Both the position numbers and the translations under genes were made by a program. A DNA stretch of 64,000 nt. Origin: Antedon mediterranea. Lineage: Eukaryota; Animalia; Echinodermata. The stretch is from assembly GCF_964355755.1 (NCBI RefSeq), contig NC_092677.1, forward strand, positions 11,058,101 through 11,122,100. Direction: 5' to 3'. Of the stretch, positions 1 to 12,781 are shown in pieces. The first letter of the stretch is position 1. Every line of letters starts with the position of its first letter. The notes beneath the pieces were generated by a model. It did not search any database, had not been told where the DNA came from, and worked only from the letters and a program-made list of their open reading frames with translations.

Positions 1-455
1 TTTGTAACATAAAGTTTGATAGTGTAAACAGAGCTTTAAGAGAATTATTTCTGTTTTGTATAGTGTACAGTCTCAGAGTAACAAACACAATTGTCTATGT
101 ATTTTGCAAATGATATATGAAAATAATTAAATTATAATAATGCTTTACATAAACTGGCTTGAACATTTTGAGACTACTTTTCATAATTGGTTATACAGCA
201 AATATTGCATTTTTCTAATGATGAAAGAATACATGTTTTTACCCAAGCCACGAATCTGTACATGGGGGAACATAAATTTAACCTTTAACCTTTGGCGGAA
301 AGAAGGTTCTATTTATTTTGTTGTATTAATTGTATTGGACATAATTGACTCTTTTTTAATAATTTTTTCTTATCAATATCTGTAATTACCTTTTATATAT
401 TTGAAAATATAACATTTTAGATTTGTCAATGCCTGTGTCAGATACAGTTAAATGA

Positions 456-750
456 GGGTGTGTGGCGCAGGGTGTTGGACTACTGATCGTGAGATCGAGG
501 TTCGAATCTAACTCTCGCCGGATTGCTTGTATCCTTAGGCAAGATACTTTACTTATGTTTGCCTCGCTCCACCCAGGTGTATAAATGGGTACCCGGTTAG
601 ATCAAGACACAACTTTGTGCTGATTACTAGCTGCATTATGGGAGTATGTTTCCATAAAAAATTAATGGGGTTATAATGTTCAGCGCTTAGAGAAGCTTGC
701 TTGTAGAGCGCTATGTAAGAATGAACTATTATTATTATTATTATTATTAT
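456..750 (+). mobile_element. tRNA-derived SINE with CORE-like central domain and (ATT)n tail
   Basis: A-box-like TGGCGCAGGG and B-box GGTTCGAATC. The central TGTATCCTTAGGCAAGATACTT...TGTATAAATGGG resembles the CORE-SINE consensus. The 3' end is AGCGCTATGTAAGAATGAACT(ATT)n. Confidence 0.75.
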
Positions 751-1216
751 GTCTTTAAATTCTAACATTTATAACCATAATTCGTTTCATTATAATTAAA
801 ACCTAAGTCATTTTTTCTTATTCAATATTATATATCATTGATATTTAATATCCTGTCAATCAGTTTGGTATTCTACATACATTTTTATTCTTCTTTTATT
901 ACTTATATGTACAATAAATTATTGTATACTTTTCAATAGTATTATTTTATATCCTATTCATATTTCAATAAATATTTAATGAGAATTTGAATTTAAGCAT
1001 TTTAAATTGTTGTTTTTAAACTCTATGTTATTGAAAAAGTTTATTCAACTTGTATCGCTTTTACAAGTAATCAATTAATATTATAGTCAATTATAAACAT
1101 GTCTGTTTTGATTTAGTGTTAAAATCCATTGTATCTTTCACCTGCTGTAACTGGTTAATTAACTAACAACAATTTATTTTTGTGCAATGACTGTTGTTAC
1201 TCTTAATCTTAACTCT

Positions 1217-1371
1217 TGATGTGCCCATATAAGGACATGATGATGTCATATCACTATTATATTTATGCATATCACTACCATATTTGGGTAGTATGATAGC
1301 GATATGACATCATGTCCTTATTTTGGTACATCACAATTTTTGTCACAAAGTTTGATAGTGTAAACAAAGCT
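1217..1371. mobile_element. MITE family A copy (left end truncated)
   Basis: GATGTGCCCATAT...GTTTGATAGTGTAAACAAAGCT. Another right end is at 1-35. Confidence 0.7.
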
Positions 1372-2680
1372 TTAGAAAATGATTTCTGTTTTGTATTGTG
1401 TACTGTCTCAGAGAAAGTAAGACAATTTTAAATTTTGCAAATGAAAAATAGAAATAAAAAAAATGAAATAAATTATAATGCTTTACACTGGCTTGAACAT
1501 TTTGAGACTACTTTCATAATTTGTTATTTACGGCAAATATAGCATTTTTCTAATGATGAAAGAGTACATGTTTTCTACCCAAGCCACTAATCTGTAGAAT
1601 TTAGATTTTGTCCAAATGGTAAATAAATTCGATAAATTACTTCTAATTACTGTACATACATTATTAGGATAACCACACAAATCACATGCCATCATTTATA
1701 TTTTTTTTAAATTATTCATTTAGTACATCTTATTGTAATCTTTGGAATATTTGTTATAAACACAAAGCATAAAAACTCAATTAAATGTCAGGAAAGGTGT
1801 ATGCACTTTATATAAACCTTGTTAATGATCATTTCCCTGGAAAGATTAATTAGCATTAGGTTCAAATTAAATGAGGATCATTGAAAATTATGAAGTTTGA
1901 TTTAGCAACAATTATTAGTTACTGTACGTGTTATATGTACTTGGAAGGTTATGTAAGGATTCAGTCTAATCCTGAACGTTAATTGTTCTTCTGATTTCAA
2001 ACAATCTCAATTTACTGTAAGGTACTAAACTGTAAGATTTTCAATATTGTGCACTGGATGCAAAAACACAACTGTACCAAAAAAAGTAAAAATGCATTTC
2101 TGTCTGTCAACCTGATTGACTAAACATCATTACCATTTAATCCGAGTTGAATTGTGGTTTAGGTTGTTCTGTGTTTGTATGGAAAAAAATATACCGGTTG
2201 AACACCCGATATACCCTGATAAAAAGTGAGTTGGATCGTGGTAAACATCACAGGGGTATAAGTAGGGTTGAGCAAGACCAGTTAACCAAGAAGCAGATTA
2301 ACTGTTCTTGGAGCAAAAAGCAGAGTTAAATCTGTACAGGTCTATGCTTATTATAAGGTTAACCATGGAGAATTTAACTATCACGCAAGCGCTTACAGTA
2401 CCGCTGATGTAACTCGATAGAATGCAGTTAACTTTAACACGTGTCAACAAAGCTATAGACATGATGTAACTGTAAATTTTAAATAGATACTGTAATTACT
2501 TGATTGGTTCTAAATAACTAATTGTTTATCTTGGGCGAATATAGTAGCCATGTCAATCAAAACATGGAGGAATTCCTCAATTGATAAAAATAAACAATTA
2601 ACCAATAATACAGACAGATAATTGGTCAGGTCATCAACATCTATTAGTTAGAATCACAATGGTGGATTATGTACTAATAA

Positions 2681-3164
2681 TAGGGAGAAAAAGTGTGACG
2701 TCTCGCTTGCTGGCTACCGACTGAGCTGGGGAAAAACAAAGTTAGTCGGCCATCTTGTCCTATTCTAACGCATTGATTTAACACCGCTTTTTCGTACATC
2801 CCGATAAATTTAGTTTTAAAATAATTTAGAGTTGTTCATCTTGCTTTATTTTACTACGTTACTACTGTTGAATATTTTGCTGATAATACATCGTAATTTC
2901 ACTTTCCGTTTTTAATCACAATATTCAAAAAATAGCAACGAAAGAGGCCTAAAAAGTGCTTATAACACAAAATTTAAAATGCTATTTTTCGAACATTGCG
3001 AATATAAACTGAAAGTGAACTTTAATGTAAAAATGAAATTTATTGGGATGTACAAAAAAGTGGTGTTAAATCAATGCGTTAAAAATAGGAAAAGATGGCC
3101 GACCGAACTTTGTTTGGCCCCAGCGTAGTCAGTTATAACATGACGTTATCACTTTTTCTCCCTA
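2681..3164. mobile_element. Non-autonomous DNA transposon (MITE) with ~140-bp imperfect terminal inverted repeats and TA flanks
   Basis: Left end TA-GGGAGAAAAAGTG...GTCGGCCATCTTGTCCTATTCTAACGCATTGATTTAACACC mirrors right end GGTGTTAAATCAATGCGTTAAAAATAGGAAAAGATGGCCGAC...CACTTTTTCTCCC-TA. Confidence 0.8.
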
Positions 3165-3662
3165 TACTTTTCAACATCGGTGGAGATTAGTTTCTAAAGG
3201 GGTGGGACTTATTGTTTTAACCATATCATTGAATGAAGAAATGTTTTGTAAATAAATTTTTTTTCGTTTTGTCTGTTCTGTTAATGGTGTTCCTGACAAA
3301 GGAATATGCTTTCTAGGTGATGCCATAATTGTTGGAAATAAATGTTTTATGACTGATTGAATAAAAAATAATAACCAATTAAATTAGGCAAAAATTGAGA
3401 TTATAATAATAATTGTTTTTGCAATCAAAATCTATGATATACCGTAATAATAAATAATAATAATAACAAAATAAAATTACGTAAAATGCAGGGCCCCAAT
3501 GGAAACCAGTTTGTAACTGTTTGGGCTACCCTGGGTAAATAAATGTATTACTATTAATAATAATATGAAGAACACGTTTTCAGATTGGTAAACCTTAGTA
3601 TGTAAGGGGTGGGACATTTTTTTTAACCACATCACTGAAGGAAATTTTTTGGCATGTATGTA

Positions 3663-3810
3663 AAGCTGATGTGACAAAAAATGTGATGTGCCCATATATG
3701 GACATGATGATATATATCATATCACTACCATATTTATCCATGTACCACTACCATATTTGGGCACATCACACTTTTTTTTGTCAAACTAGTTTGATAGTGT
3801 AGACAGAGCT
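3663..3810. mobile_element. MITE family A copy
   Basis: Same internal body; ends GTTTGATAGTGTAGACAGAGCT-TAA. Confidence 0.75.
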
Positions 3811-4055
3811 TAAATCAAAATTAACAATAAATACTTTTTCTATACATATTTTTCAGTTGGTGGGTTCTTGGTTTAAAATTATCTTAATTAAGACTTACCT
3901 TGAATTGTGTCTACATTAAATAGGCCCATCAAAATAATTTTTAGGCATAGAAATCTGAACAGGACGGCATCTTGTTATTTCTAGATAGAATCTATGCATA
4001 TCTGTACATTTTCATTTATATTTAAAATAAGAAAAATGAATTATTTTCCACCTAC

Positions 4056-4274
4056 CACTTGCAAAATTCTGAGGAATCCGGGCAGAGTGCACATATATGT
4101 AGTTTGAAGTTGAACATCGGCATCTGCTTTGTCCAAATTCTTATCGTATATGTTACTTGTCAAGTCCACTTCCATTAAATGTTTGGCTGGTTGCTTGGCA
4201 ACATCACTCTGAGCCACCATAGGTGTGTCCTCCACTAGCACCATGGTATTTTCGGTTTCTTCGCTTTCTTCCAT
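4056..4274 (-). CDS. Probable first coding exon of a MARVEL-domain membrane protein (CMTM/plasmolipin-like); the remaining exons were not found and probably lie left of the window
   Basis: Acceptor ttttatttag immediately precedes the ATG; donor GTG|gtaggt at 4056/4055; 73 codons. The C-terminal YMCTLPGFLRILQV resembles the Y-x-x-S/T-x-x-G-x-L-K/R start of MARVEL domains. Confidence 0.55.
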
Positions 4275-5050
4275 CTAAATAAAAAAAAATATTTGTAGAA
4301 GATATGACCAATACTTATAGTGTATCAACAGAGCTATCTCTACTTCATTTAGTATACACACAGTTGTCTCTGCATGATTAACTCCGACAGTTTCTTTTCC
4401 CCGATTAATTTCGCATACATTTGTTTATGATTTGTAAGTAGCATTTGATTGGTGAATCTAGTAACTGTAGTTCTAGTTACTATTCCCAATACAATTGGTA
4501 GAGTACATAAAATGTGATTGGAAGATGTTAAATATTGACTTGCGATTGCTTGCCTAATTTTTAGAGGTTTGTTTTACATCATCCTTTTTCTACAACGAAC
4601 ATAAAACATTTTTTATTGTATTCTGGTAAAAACATTTCACATCTTTTATTAGCAGAAACCTCATAAAAATGTGAGTTTTGTTAAATGACTTTATTCTTAT
4701 CAAATTATGAAAAAAAAAATTATAAATGTCATACAGTACAAATAAAAATATTACTTCTCTCTTTGTATTATAAATTCACTATGAAGACATTCCACTGAAA
4801 AACATTTTTCTGAAAATACACAAAAGGAAATTATTATTGATCTACTGTACTCAATCAAAAGCATTCTCTTTTCTATAAAAAAAAAAATACATCTTGTAGT
4901 TTACCTGTACAATACACAGCTGGTCACCTGGCTACATGCAATGATAACACTGTAGATATGGTAATTATTTTTCTATTTAATAATAGTCCACCTCCTAAAG
5001 GGCTGCATGGGATTTTAAAACACAATAGAAGAATTGATAGCAATACGTAA

Positions 5051-5194
5051 AGCTCTGTCTGTACACTATCAAACTAGTTGGACAAAAAAAGTGTAATGTG
5101 CCCCAATACCTAGATATGGTAATGACATCATCTCCATATTTGGTCATATCACATTTTTTTTGTCACATAAATTTTGATTAGTGTAGACATAGCT
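5051..5194. mobile_element. MITE family A copy
   Basis: AGCTCTGTCTGTACACTATCAAACTAG ... TAGTGTAGACATAGCT. Confidence 0.75.
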
Positions 5195-5922
5195 TGAAAA
5201 GTTCTGTGAATTTTATTTCCACTTAAACACAATTCTACGCTTAAAATGTTCATTAAATTTCAAGGAATCAACGGCCATAATTCATAATATAATAATAGCA
5301 TGTTGAATAATTGTCCGATATTGAACCATGATCGCAATATGTTTGGAATGTTTAATAATAGTGGATATGATGGATATACATAATTACCATACATACTTAG
5401 TAATAGTATGCTATTATTATTACCTGTGAAAAAATATTTTTGGCTTTAATTGAAAGGCGAGAGTTGATTTGAAAACAACGTTGCATTCAATGGCTAAGTT
5501 TAAACTAAATTTGGATTCATCAATTTCCAAAAGCGTCCAATCACTAATACCAGTGTCATTTACACTTAGAAGATTACGTATTATCATACAGTGCATGTAG
5601 TTAATGAATAAATGGTTAGAAACAACATGATGACCATATACTACTAAATATAGACATATGATTACACTGTAGAAAGAAGTAGTAGTCATCAATTGGAACT
5701 CAACATAATCTTTTTTTGCAATTGTAAAACAGTTTTCAAAACACAAATTACATTTCAAACAAATTGTATCGGACAGAAACATCTACAGTATCTATATTAT
5801 GATATAATATAGCATAAATTTGGAAAGATTTGTAGACGAAAAGTCATAATTAATATTAAAATAAAACCACAATAGTTGTTTGATTAAAAAATATGTTGCT
5901 TTTGACTCGAGTTTAGTAGTAA

Positions 5923-6010
5923 AGCTCTGTCTACACTATCAAACTTTATGTGACAAAATAAATGTGATGTGCACATATACGGACACGATGATGTCATATC
6001 AGAACTATAT
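5923..6010. mobile_element. MITE family A, left half
   Basis: AGCTCTGTCTACACTATCAAACTTTATGTGACAAAA... Confidence 0.7.
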
Positions 6011-8624
6011 TGGGGTGGGTGTGTTAATGTTAGCAATACAGTATTCATGATTGTGTGCTTGTATAGGGCATTGTGGTAACAATAAAATAAAATAATTTGT
6101 TTTTAGATGATCAAAGGCACATTTGATAAAAAAAAGGTTGCTGTCAAACAAGTAAGTTTTTAAATTAAGAGTGGGCAAAGTGAGAATTCGTTCCAATGTT
6201 TCCAAATCTATAACCAGTAAATTGAGAATTTCTCTAGGACTTAGAAGCTGTTGTACAGTATGCATTGCTATCTATATCATCAAAACATATGAATTTATTA
6301 CATGGTACTAAACCTACATGCTTACTTACAGTACTCTATACGTTGCAATAAATAACGTATATAAGTTTAAGTGTTAAGTGGTATAGCTCTAATAATGCGT
6401 TTTGTGTCTCCAGGGAATCTACTCAATTTCCGTTGAATAATGGTAACTGCAAATAAAATTCTGAACAACTAAAAGAAAATAATGAAATGATACGGAGCAT
6501 GGTTAGCGATCTTTATGATAGTTTAATGTGGTCTACAGTTTACCTGTTTAGTGCTAAATTAACCATGGGACTGTACGTAGAACTGGTGCCTGTTTTTTAA
6601 GGGACATGAGTTATACATACAAAGACAGAACAACATTACTTAGAACAACCCGTCTGTAGCCTAGAATGCAAGTTGCTAATTAATTGGAAAGGAATTTAGA
6701 GAGTACAGATATGAATTTGAATTAGAGTACTGTATGGAATATAATAGGCTTAAAATGGAAGGAACTGATATAGGGTCAAGGATTAGCTGGACTTCATTCT
6801 ATATTCCATATTCATGTCAATATAGGCTAGGCCTACCCTTACCAGGTAGTACATCACTTAGACTGTAGAGACTGTCCACCAATAATACCAGAAAATACCA
6901 TCCTGTTGGCCTAGCCTATAGACCTTCATTCCCCCTCATTATTGGTTGGGTTAGCAATATTATAAGCTAAAAAAATATTTTTTTGTGTGTGGAAAAGAAA
7001 ACAATATAAAAATCAAAAGTTCAACACTGTAAATATAATGAAAACACAAATAAAAACATACAAAATGTAACCTTTTCCCTCCAAATTCAGTCAAAAAACA
7101 ACATTAGTACCTAAACTACAATCTATAGAGGGCGGGCTGGATGTTCTACCATAAATTTCAGAAAAACTTCTGAGTGGTGACTGAAGCAGGTCGCCTTTTT
7201 CAGGTAGCCCCAACCCAGACAAGCGACCTAGGCTAGGCAAACTTCATCACACTTACGGAAATTACGTGAGGCTCAATGATAATTTACACTCCCAAATTAC
7301 CAATAAATAGCAATATTGCACCTTACTATACTTAATAAATATACTGTATTCCTATATCATGCGTCTTAAAGACGCAAAATGTTCAAAATTTCAGAAAAAC
7401 TATACTCACGACTTCTCGTCATGCAGCTCTGTGTATTATGAATTGCACTGCGTGACATACGACCTTTTACAGCCTCGTACATAAAAAATATTATAGTTGC
7501 ACTTATATTTTTATTTTAAATCAATTGCTGCAGTTTCAAATGTAGAAAAATAATTCAAATGTTAAAATAAAATTTATTATTTAATTATTAATTATATACA
7601 TTTTTAAAATGTCTGTTTCTAAAAATAGATAATACAATTAGTGTACGAGACTAAAAAGTTAGTGTGTGTTTGTTTTTATTTCTTTTCTCTTGCGACTTTA
7701 AGCAAGTTACTTGCAGTATTGGCATATGTAAAGTAAAGGAGGTATTTCCGCGATTTAATCGATATATTTGTCGTTTAAACACTTGTTACTTTGTTAATAA
7801 CATACATATATATTATTTTGTTGCTATATAAGTCACAAAAAACACAAGAGGGAGCTATTTTATTTATATAATCGAATGATACCAAAGGCTAGAAATTATA
7901 GGCAAAGCATCGCTAACACCTAGAATAACGACTATCCTTGCACTTTGTGCATTAATTTATGGTATAAAATTGAGAAATACATTTTATTCTAAATGAATTA
8001 GATATAAAAATAGGTATTTATGAGAATATTCACAGATTTGTCGTTTAATTACCAACGTTTAACAACATTTGTATTGATGTTGCTCAATTCATGTTATCTC
8101 ATTGAGATACAGACGTCATTTATGCACTTCTTACATCGTAATTAATAATTTTATCCACTTCAGTAATTGTTCATTGAATGTAAGTCTGTTTTGAATACAA
8201 ATATATATATACAAAATGTCACTTTTTATTAAATGGAATACAATAATATATGATACAAAAACGTCAACTAATATGCTTGGGTTGCCTCATCAAACTAACT
8301 AAAGTAGTAGGCCTAAATCGGTGTTTTTACAATATAACTGGATTATAAATTGTTGTAATAATTATCGTATTTAATATTTGTTACATTTGCTTTTTTATTA
8401 GAATTCGATTGGAACAAAGAGGCAGTATCGTGTTCGTGTACCGTATCAGAGAAACAGAATACTGTCACAGAAATCGCTCTGACTTGAGTTGAACGTTGCC
8501 CATCCTCACAGGCCTAATCGTAACCGCCAAAATAAAATGAAGTAAACAAAAATTCCCTTACATGGTATATATTAATGAATAGACAATCTGTCAATATTTT
8601 GTGATCTAACTATTCGTCGGTGAC

Positions 8625-8875
8625 TCTGCCAATCGGAGCTGTACACGTGCGACTTCAATTAGGGTTGAACTAAAGGGGGTGACCGATTCGGCCGAAATCA
8701 CAGCTCCGTCTCAAATAACTCACGCTTCTCACTTATTATTGGCTTTTGCCTTACGATTCTGGGCGGGACCGACGCGAGAAAATTACAAAGCAATCCACTA
8801 GAGAGTATCTTACTTATTGGCCACTTTTTTGGAACATTTTGAGTATAAAAGCCCATGATTATATATTCAGCCAGA
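8625..8875 (+). promoter_or_regulatory. Probable core promoter of the Hox gene (CCAAT boxes plus TATA)
   Basis: GCCAATC at ~8629, reverse CCAAT (ATTGG) at ~8737 and ~8816, GC box GGGCGGG at ~8761 and TATAAAA at 8844-8850. These lie in a CpG-rich patch about 290 bp upstream of the ATG. Confidence 0.5.
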
Positions 8876-9138
8876 TTATTTAGTAGTTGCATTGTTTACA
8901 TGTTACTTACTAGATATGTGAGAGGCCTAGCCAACTGATTTAAATAGTCATTAAATTTTATACAGCCCCTGAAGTAAAGAAGTGATTGATAGGCGAGAGC
9001 TAGCAACACGAAGTGTTTACGCGTCGCCAACGAAATCTGCTCTATCGACGAAGCAAGACCAAACGACTGGCATTAGAATCGTGTCCGTCTTGGAGTAAAG
9101 TTGTGTCTACCACGCGAGAGCAATACCAGTTAGACAAA

Positions 9139-9559
9139 ATGGACCAGTGGACCAACGGTACATCTAGATGCGCACTCGACCCTGCTGAGTTCCATGCAAC
9201 TTTCGCGGCCTATGGTGCCTACAGCAACCTTAGTCGTAGCCTTTCTACGATATCATCAATTGAGGATGGAGCGTCTTCTTGCTTATATGCTCGACCATTT
9301 CAACAACAAGTGTCTTCGTCTTGTCAACATCATAGATACATTGAGGACTTAAGTCCCGAGCCTTGCATAAACTTTTCGACTGATGCGAGCTGGAAATATC
9401 AGCAACAGAACGATTTGAAAACTTTGAACGATAACTTTATCTCGCTCAGCAACCAGACGAGTCCAATACAGTCGTCAGCCACCATCATCCCGTCTCCTGA
9501 ACAAGATACTTTCCCTACAAGCTCTTTTGTACCTCAGAGTCCATTAACATCGTTCGAAG
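9139..9559 (+). CDS. Hox11/13: Posterior Hox (Abd-B class, Hox11/13-like) gene, coding exon 1: Ser/Pro/Gln-rich N-terminus MDQWTNG...PLTSFE
   Basis: ATG at 9139 (context caaaATGg) lies within ORF 9013-9627. The frame is open and S/P/Q-rich. The donor GAAG|gtagga at 9559/9560 is phase 1, which matches the phase needed by the homeobox exon at 21574. The linkage across a 12-kb intron is inferred from phase and composition. Confidence 0.8.
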
Positions 9560-12500
9560 GTAGGAAAACAGTTTTTATTTTTTTGCTTAGCTCGTTATTA
9601 GAACTATTAATAGCTAGGAAATTTTAAAAATTTATAATTAGAGAGTACCAAACAAATTGTGGTGACGAAAATTTGCCGGCTGTTGTCGAACAAATGGCGC
9701 GCAACGGTTCAGTCCTTGTTCAAACTTAATCCGCGTTTGTTTTTTGAATAAATTTCTTTTTTATTTTAATTTATGAAAATACCTAGTCTAGTATAACAGT
9801 CTATTTTACACATCTTAAATTATTTTGTATGATTTACATTTTAGATAATTTTTGTCCATCGACATCGTTCTAAATAGTTTAATCGCATGTTTGTGTTCGT
9901 ATCTTTTTCTTCCGAACTAGAAAAATCAAAACGAGATCGTTTTATACTTATGAAACAGCATCTTCGTAAAACTATCCATACAATTTTGGAAAGAATGTTG
10001 TAAAAGAACGTATATATTTTCACATTTTAGACATTTTCTAGCCATTTTAACGTTTATCTTACGATGTTTTCTTGCATCATTTTATACGCCTTGTGAAACA
10101 AACTGTTTGATTCGAGAGTCTATAACCTGGGTATCCCGTCCCGCTTTTGTTTGTTCGTTTGTCTGTCTGTAATCAACAAGTTTTAAGCTGAGGCCTAAAA
10201 GTACACATACACGCATACTGTATCCGGCATACGCGACACATACTTACTACCTACTTTCGATTGTTTGTTTTCATGACAATTTCGGAATAACAAAAAAAGT
10301 TAAAATTCATGTTTGAAGACTCGATATTTTCTTTTTTTAAACGAACATGTTATCTTATTGTGTTGTTGGTAGCCGGAAGTTTGATATTTTTCTATTGTTG
10401 CCAGTTTCCGTGCATTCAGCAACATTCCTATAGTAAACTCACAAGATCTTAACATCGTTTAATTACCTTGTATTTTTCTTATAAACTGACCAGTAGGCAT
10501 AATACTCGTAGTACGAGAAATAACCAATTGTTACATATAACATATTTTTCATTATTACCGTATAATTAAATACCTAACTAACGATCAGGTAGGGGGCCTA
10601 GAACCATACACAATGTTGCCAAGGGGAAATTTGCTCCAAGAAATAATTGACGAATACACAGTAGGCCCTGCACAGACTGACTTACAAACATGCAATCTGT
10701 ATCCTAAATCTTCTATACACCAAGCGAGTTTATAAAACTAAAAACATAACGGTCATTCGCTATCGGTGGTATCCATTTATATGGATAGAAGATGGGATAG
10801 GGATTGGTCTCCTCCTTGCGTCCATTTTAAACAATGTAAATAGTTTCATTGGTTGATTTTAGTAGGCCCAATGACGTAGTACATATTGTGGTCATGTGAC
10901 ATTCTACATATCCTTCTTATTCAATCCATTTAAATGGGGTTTTTTAGCTCTCTTTCCATTTTAAACAATGGACATTGTTTCACAGAACTTGTGAAGTTTG
11001 ATCCAAACGTGAGCGTCGATGATGACGTAGTAAATCAAGCAGTCACGTGATATGCAAAGCCGCGTTTGATTCGTATAGAGGAAAAAATGAAAATGTTCTC
11101 AACAAAATCATAAATTCTAAATATATACATATCAAACATAAGGATAAAGTTTAGTGTTTATTATATATTTATATTAAAGATTTTGTAGGCGTATGTGTTG
11201 GGAATTCAGAAAAAAAAAATAATTTCAGGCTAATAACCTATACGGTAATTAAGTCAGGCACAGTACCATGTGATAACACACTTATGCCGTATTAGGTCTA
11301 CTACAGTGTTTCTTCGCTATGAAATCCTACAGTTATGATAGGCTAATATAATATATTTAGTTATGTATTATAGGCTACCAGACAATGGTTTATCGCAGGT
11401 TTGTGGCTAAGTTTGAGTTTGAATTGTTGTAGGATTTTCGTTAAAAAATATTTTAGCCACAAATAAGCGTTGCAAATTGTTAACAATAATAACGGGTACA
11501 TCTAATTAACGGGTTTGTTTGAAATTCAATCATGACATTTGTTAAAAACACATTTATTTTGTGTTTGGTAGCAATACAGTTGAAATATCGCACGGAAGGT
11601 TTTAGCCTGTATTTCAGTGACCGATCGGCGACACAGGTAATATAGCAGCCTGGTCGTGTCGCATGCTAGACGCGTGGCTCAGGTTGTTATCCGGTTTCAG
11701 GCATGGTGACATTCGCGTTTCTTGACAAGTAAACGAGTTTAGGCACGGACGATGCGATTAAAATACTAACTATCGCATTCGTACAAATCTAACAGATTGT
11801 CGGTCTTGGAAAACGCAATGACTGGATTTGCGAAAATATAAAAACGCTTTGTTTTTGCTTTCAATGCGAAATCTCCTGTTAGAAGTTCAGATGTTTTTTA
11901 AGTCCTCATGTTGAGGATTGGCAAACCTTGAGTTTAATTCCCCACCCCTCATACAAACTCTGTGAAACGTGACATTTTGGTACAAATACGATTTACTCCG
12001 AATTAAATTTCTACGTTTAAATGAAAAATACGAATGTTGAAATGATATATGTTTATGTGTGCTCACGTTACGTTAGGACCTGAGTGATAGGAAAATATAG
12101 TATACATTATTTATATCGTTCCTAATGATAACTAGCAAGGTATATTTCAGTAGATACTGGTACCTAAAGGTGTTTTTAAGTGCATTGTGTATAATTATAA
12201 TATATATCATCTAGACCTACTTACATTGTATACATTAAACTCATTGACCGGTGTTATTATGTGACAAACGGTCAGAATTTGGTCCATAGTGAATACTTGT
12301 TGTAATGCTGATCACTTTATAATGGGATGATAAGCACCTGTTGATTTGAAATAAACAATAGACTTAGAAAGGTGTTTTCCATGGGAAAGGGAGACCAATA
12401 ATGGTGATAATAGGCCGGATAGATAAAATATTCATAAGTTATAATCCTAATTTCATGGAAAGATGTGATGGAATATGTATAAATATGATATAAGTTTATT

Positions 12501-12681
12501 GGGAAACACTTGTGGTGATTTCCGCTTGTCGTCAAAACCACAACGTATCTTTAATGTTTGGGTTCACCCTTACCCTTACGTATCAATTAGCAATACTTTT
12601 GTACCGTTTGGAATTTTAATTTTGTGAGAGGAAGATAAATAAATGAACAATACATGTACCTACGTAGTAGGCCTGATCTAA

Positions 12682-12781
12682 AGCTCTGTCTACACTATCA
12701 AACTAGTTTGACAAAAAAAGTGAGTTGCCCAAATATAGTAGTATTATTCCCAAATATGGTAGTGATATGACATCATCATCA
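12682..12781. mobile_element. MITE family A, partial copy in Hox intron 1
   Basis: AGCTCTGTCTACACTATCAAACTAGTTTGACAAAAAAAG... Confidence 0.7.

Noticed and set aside
456-520. tRNA gene
   Set aside because: A and B boxes are present but there is no cloverleaf. It continues into a SINE body and tail.
2190-3985. Candidate further exons of the MARVEL-like gene (2195-2331, 3899-3980)
   Set aside because: In-frame stops in the required phase and no convincing transmembrane helices.
9013-9627. 204-aa single-exon ORF as given in the track
   Set aside because: It starts at GTG and reads into the intron. It is better explained as Hox exon 1 (ATG 9139, donor after 9559).
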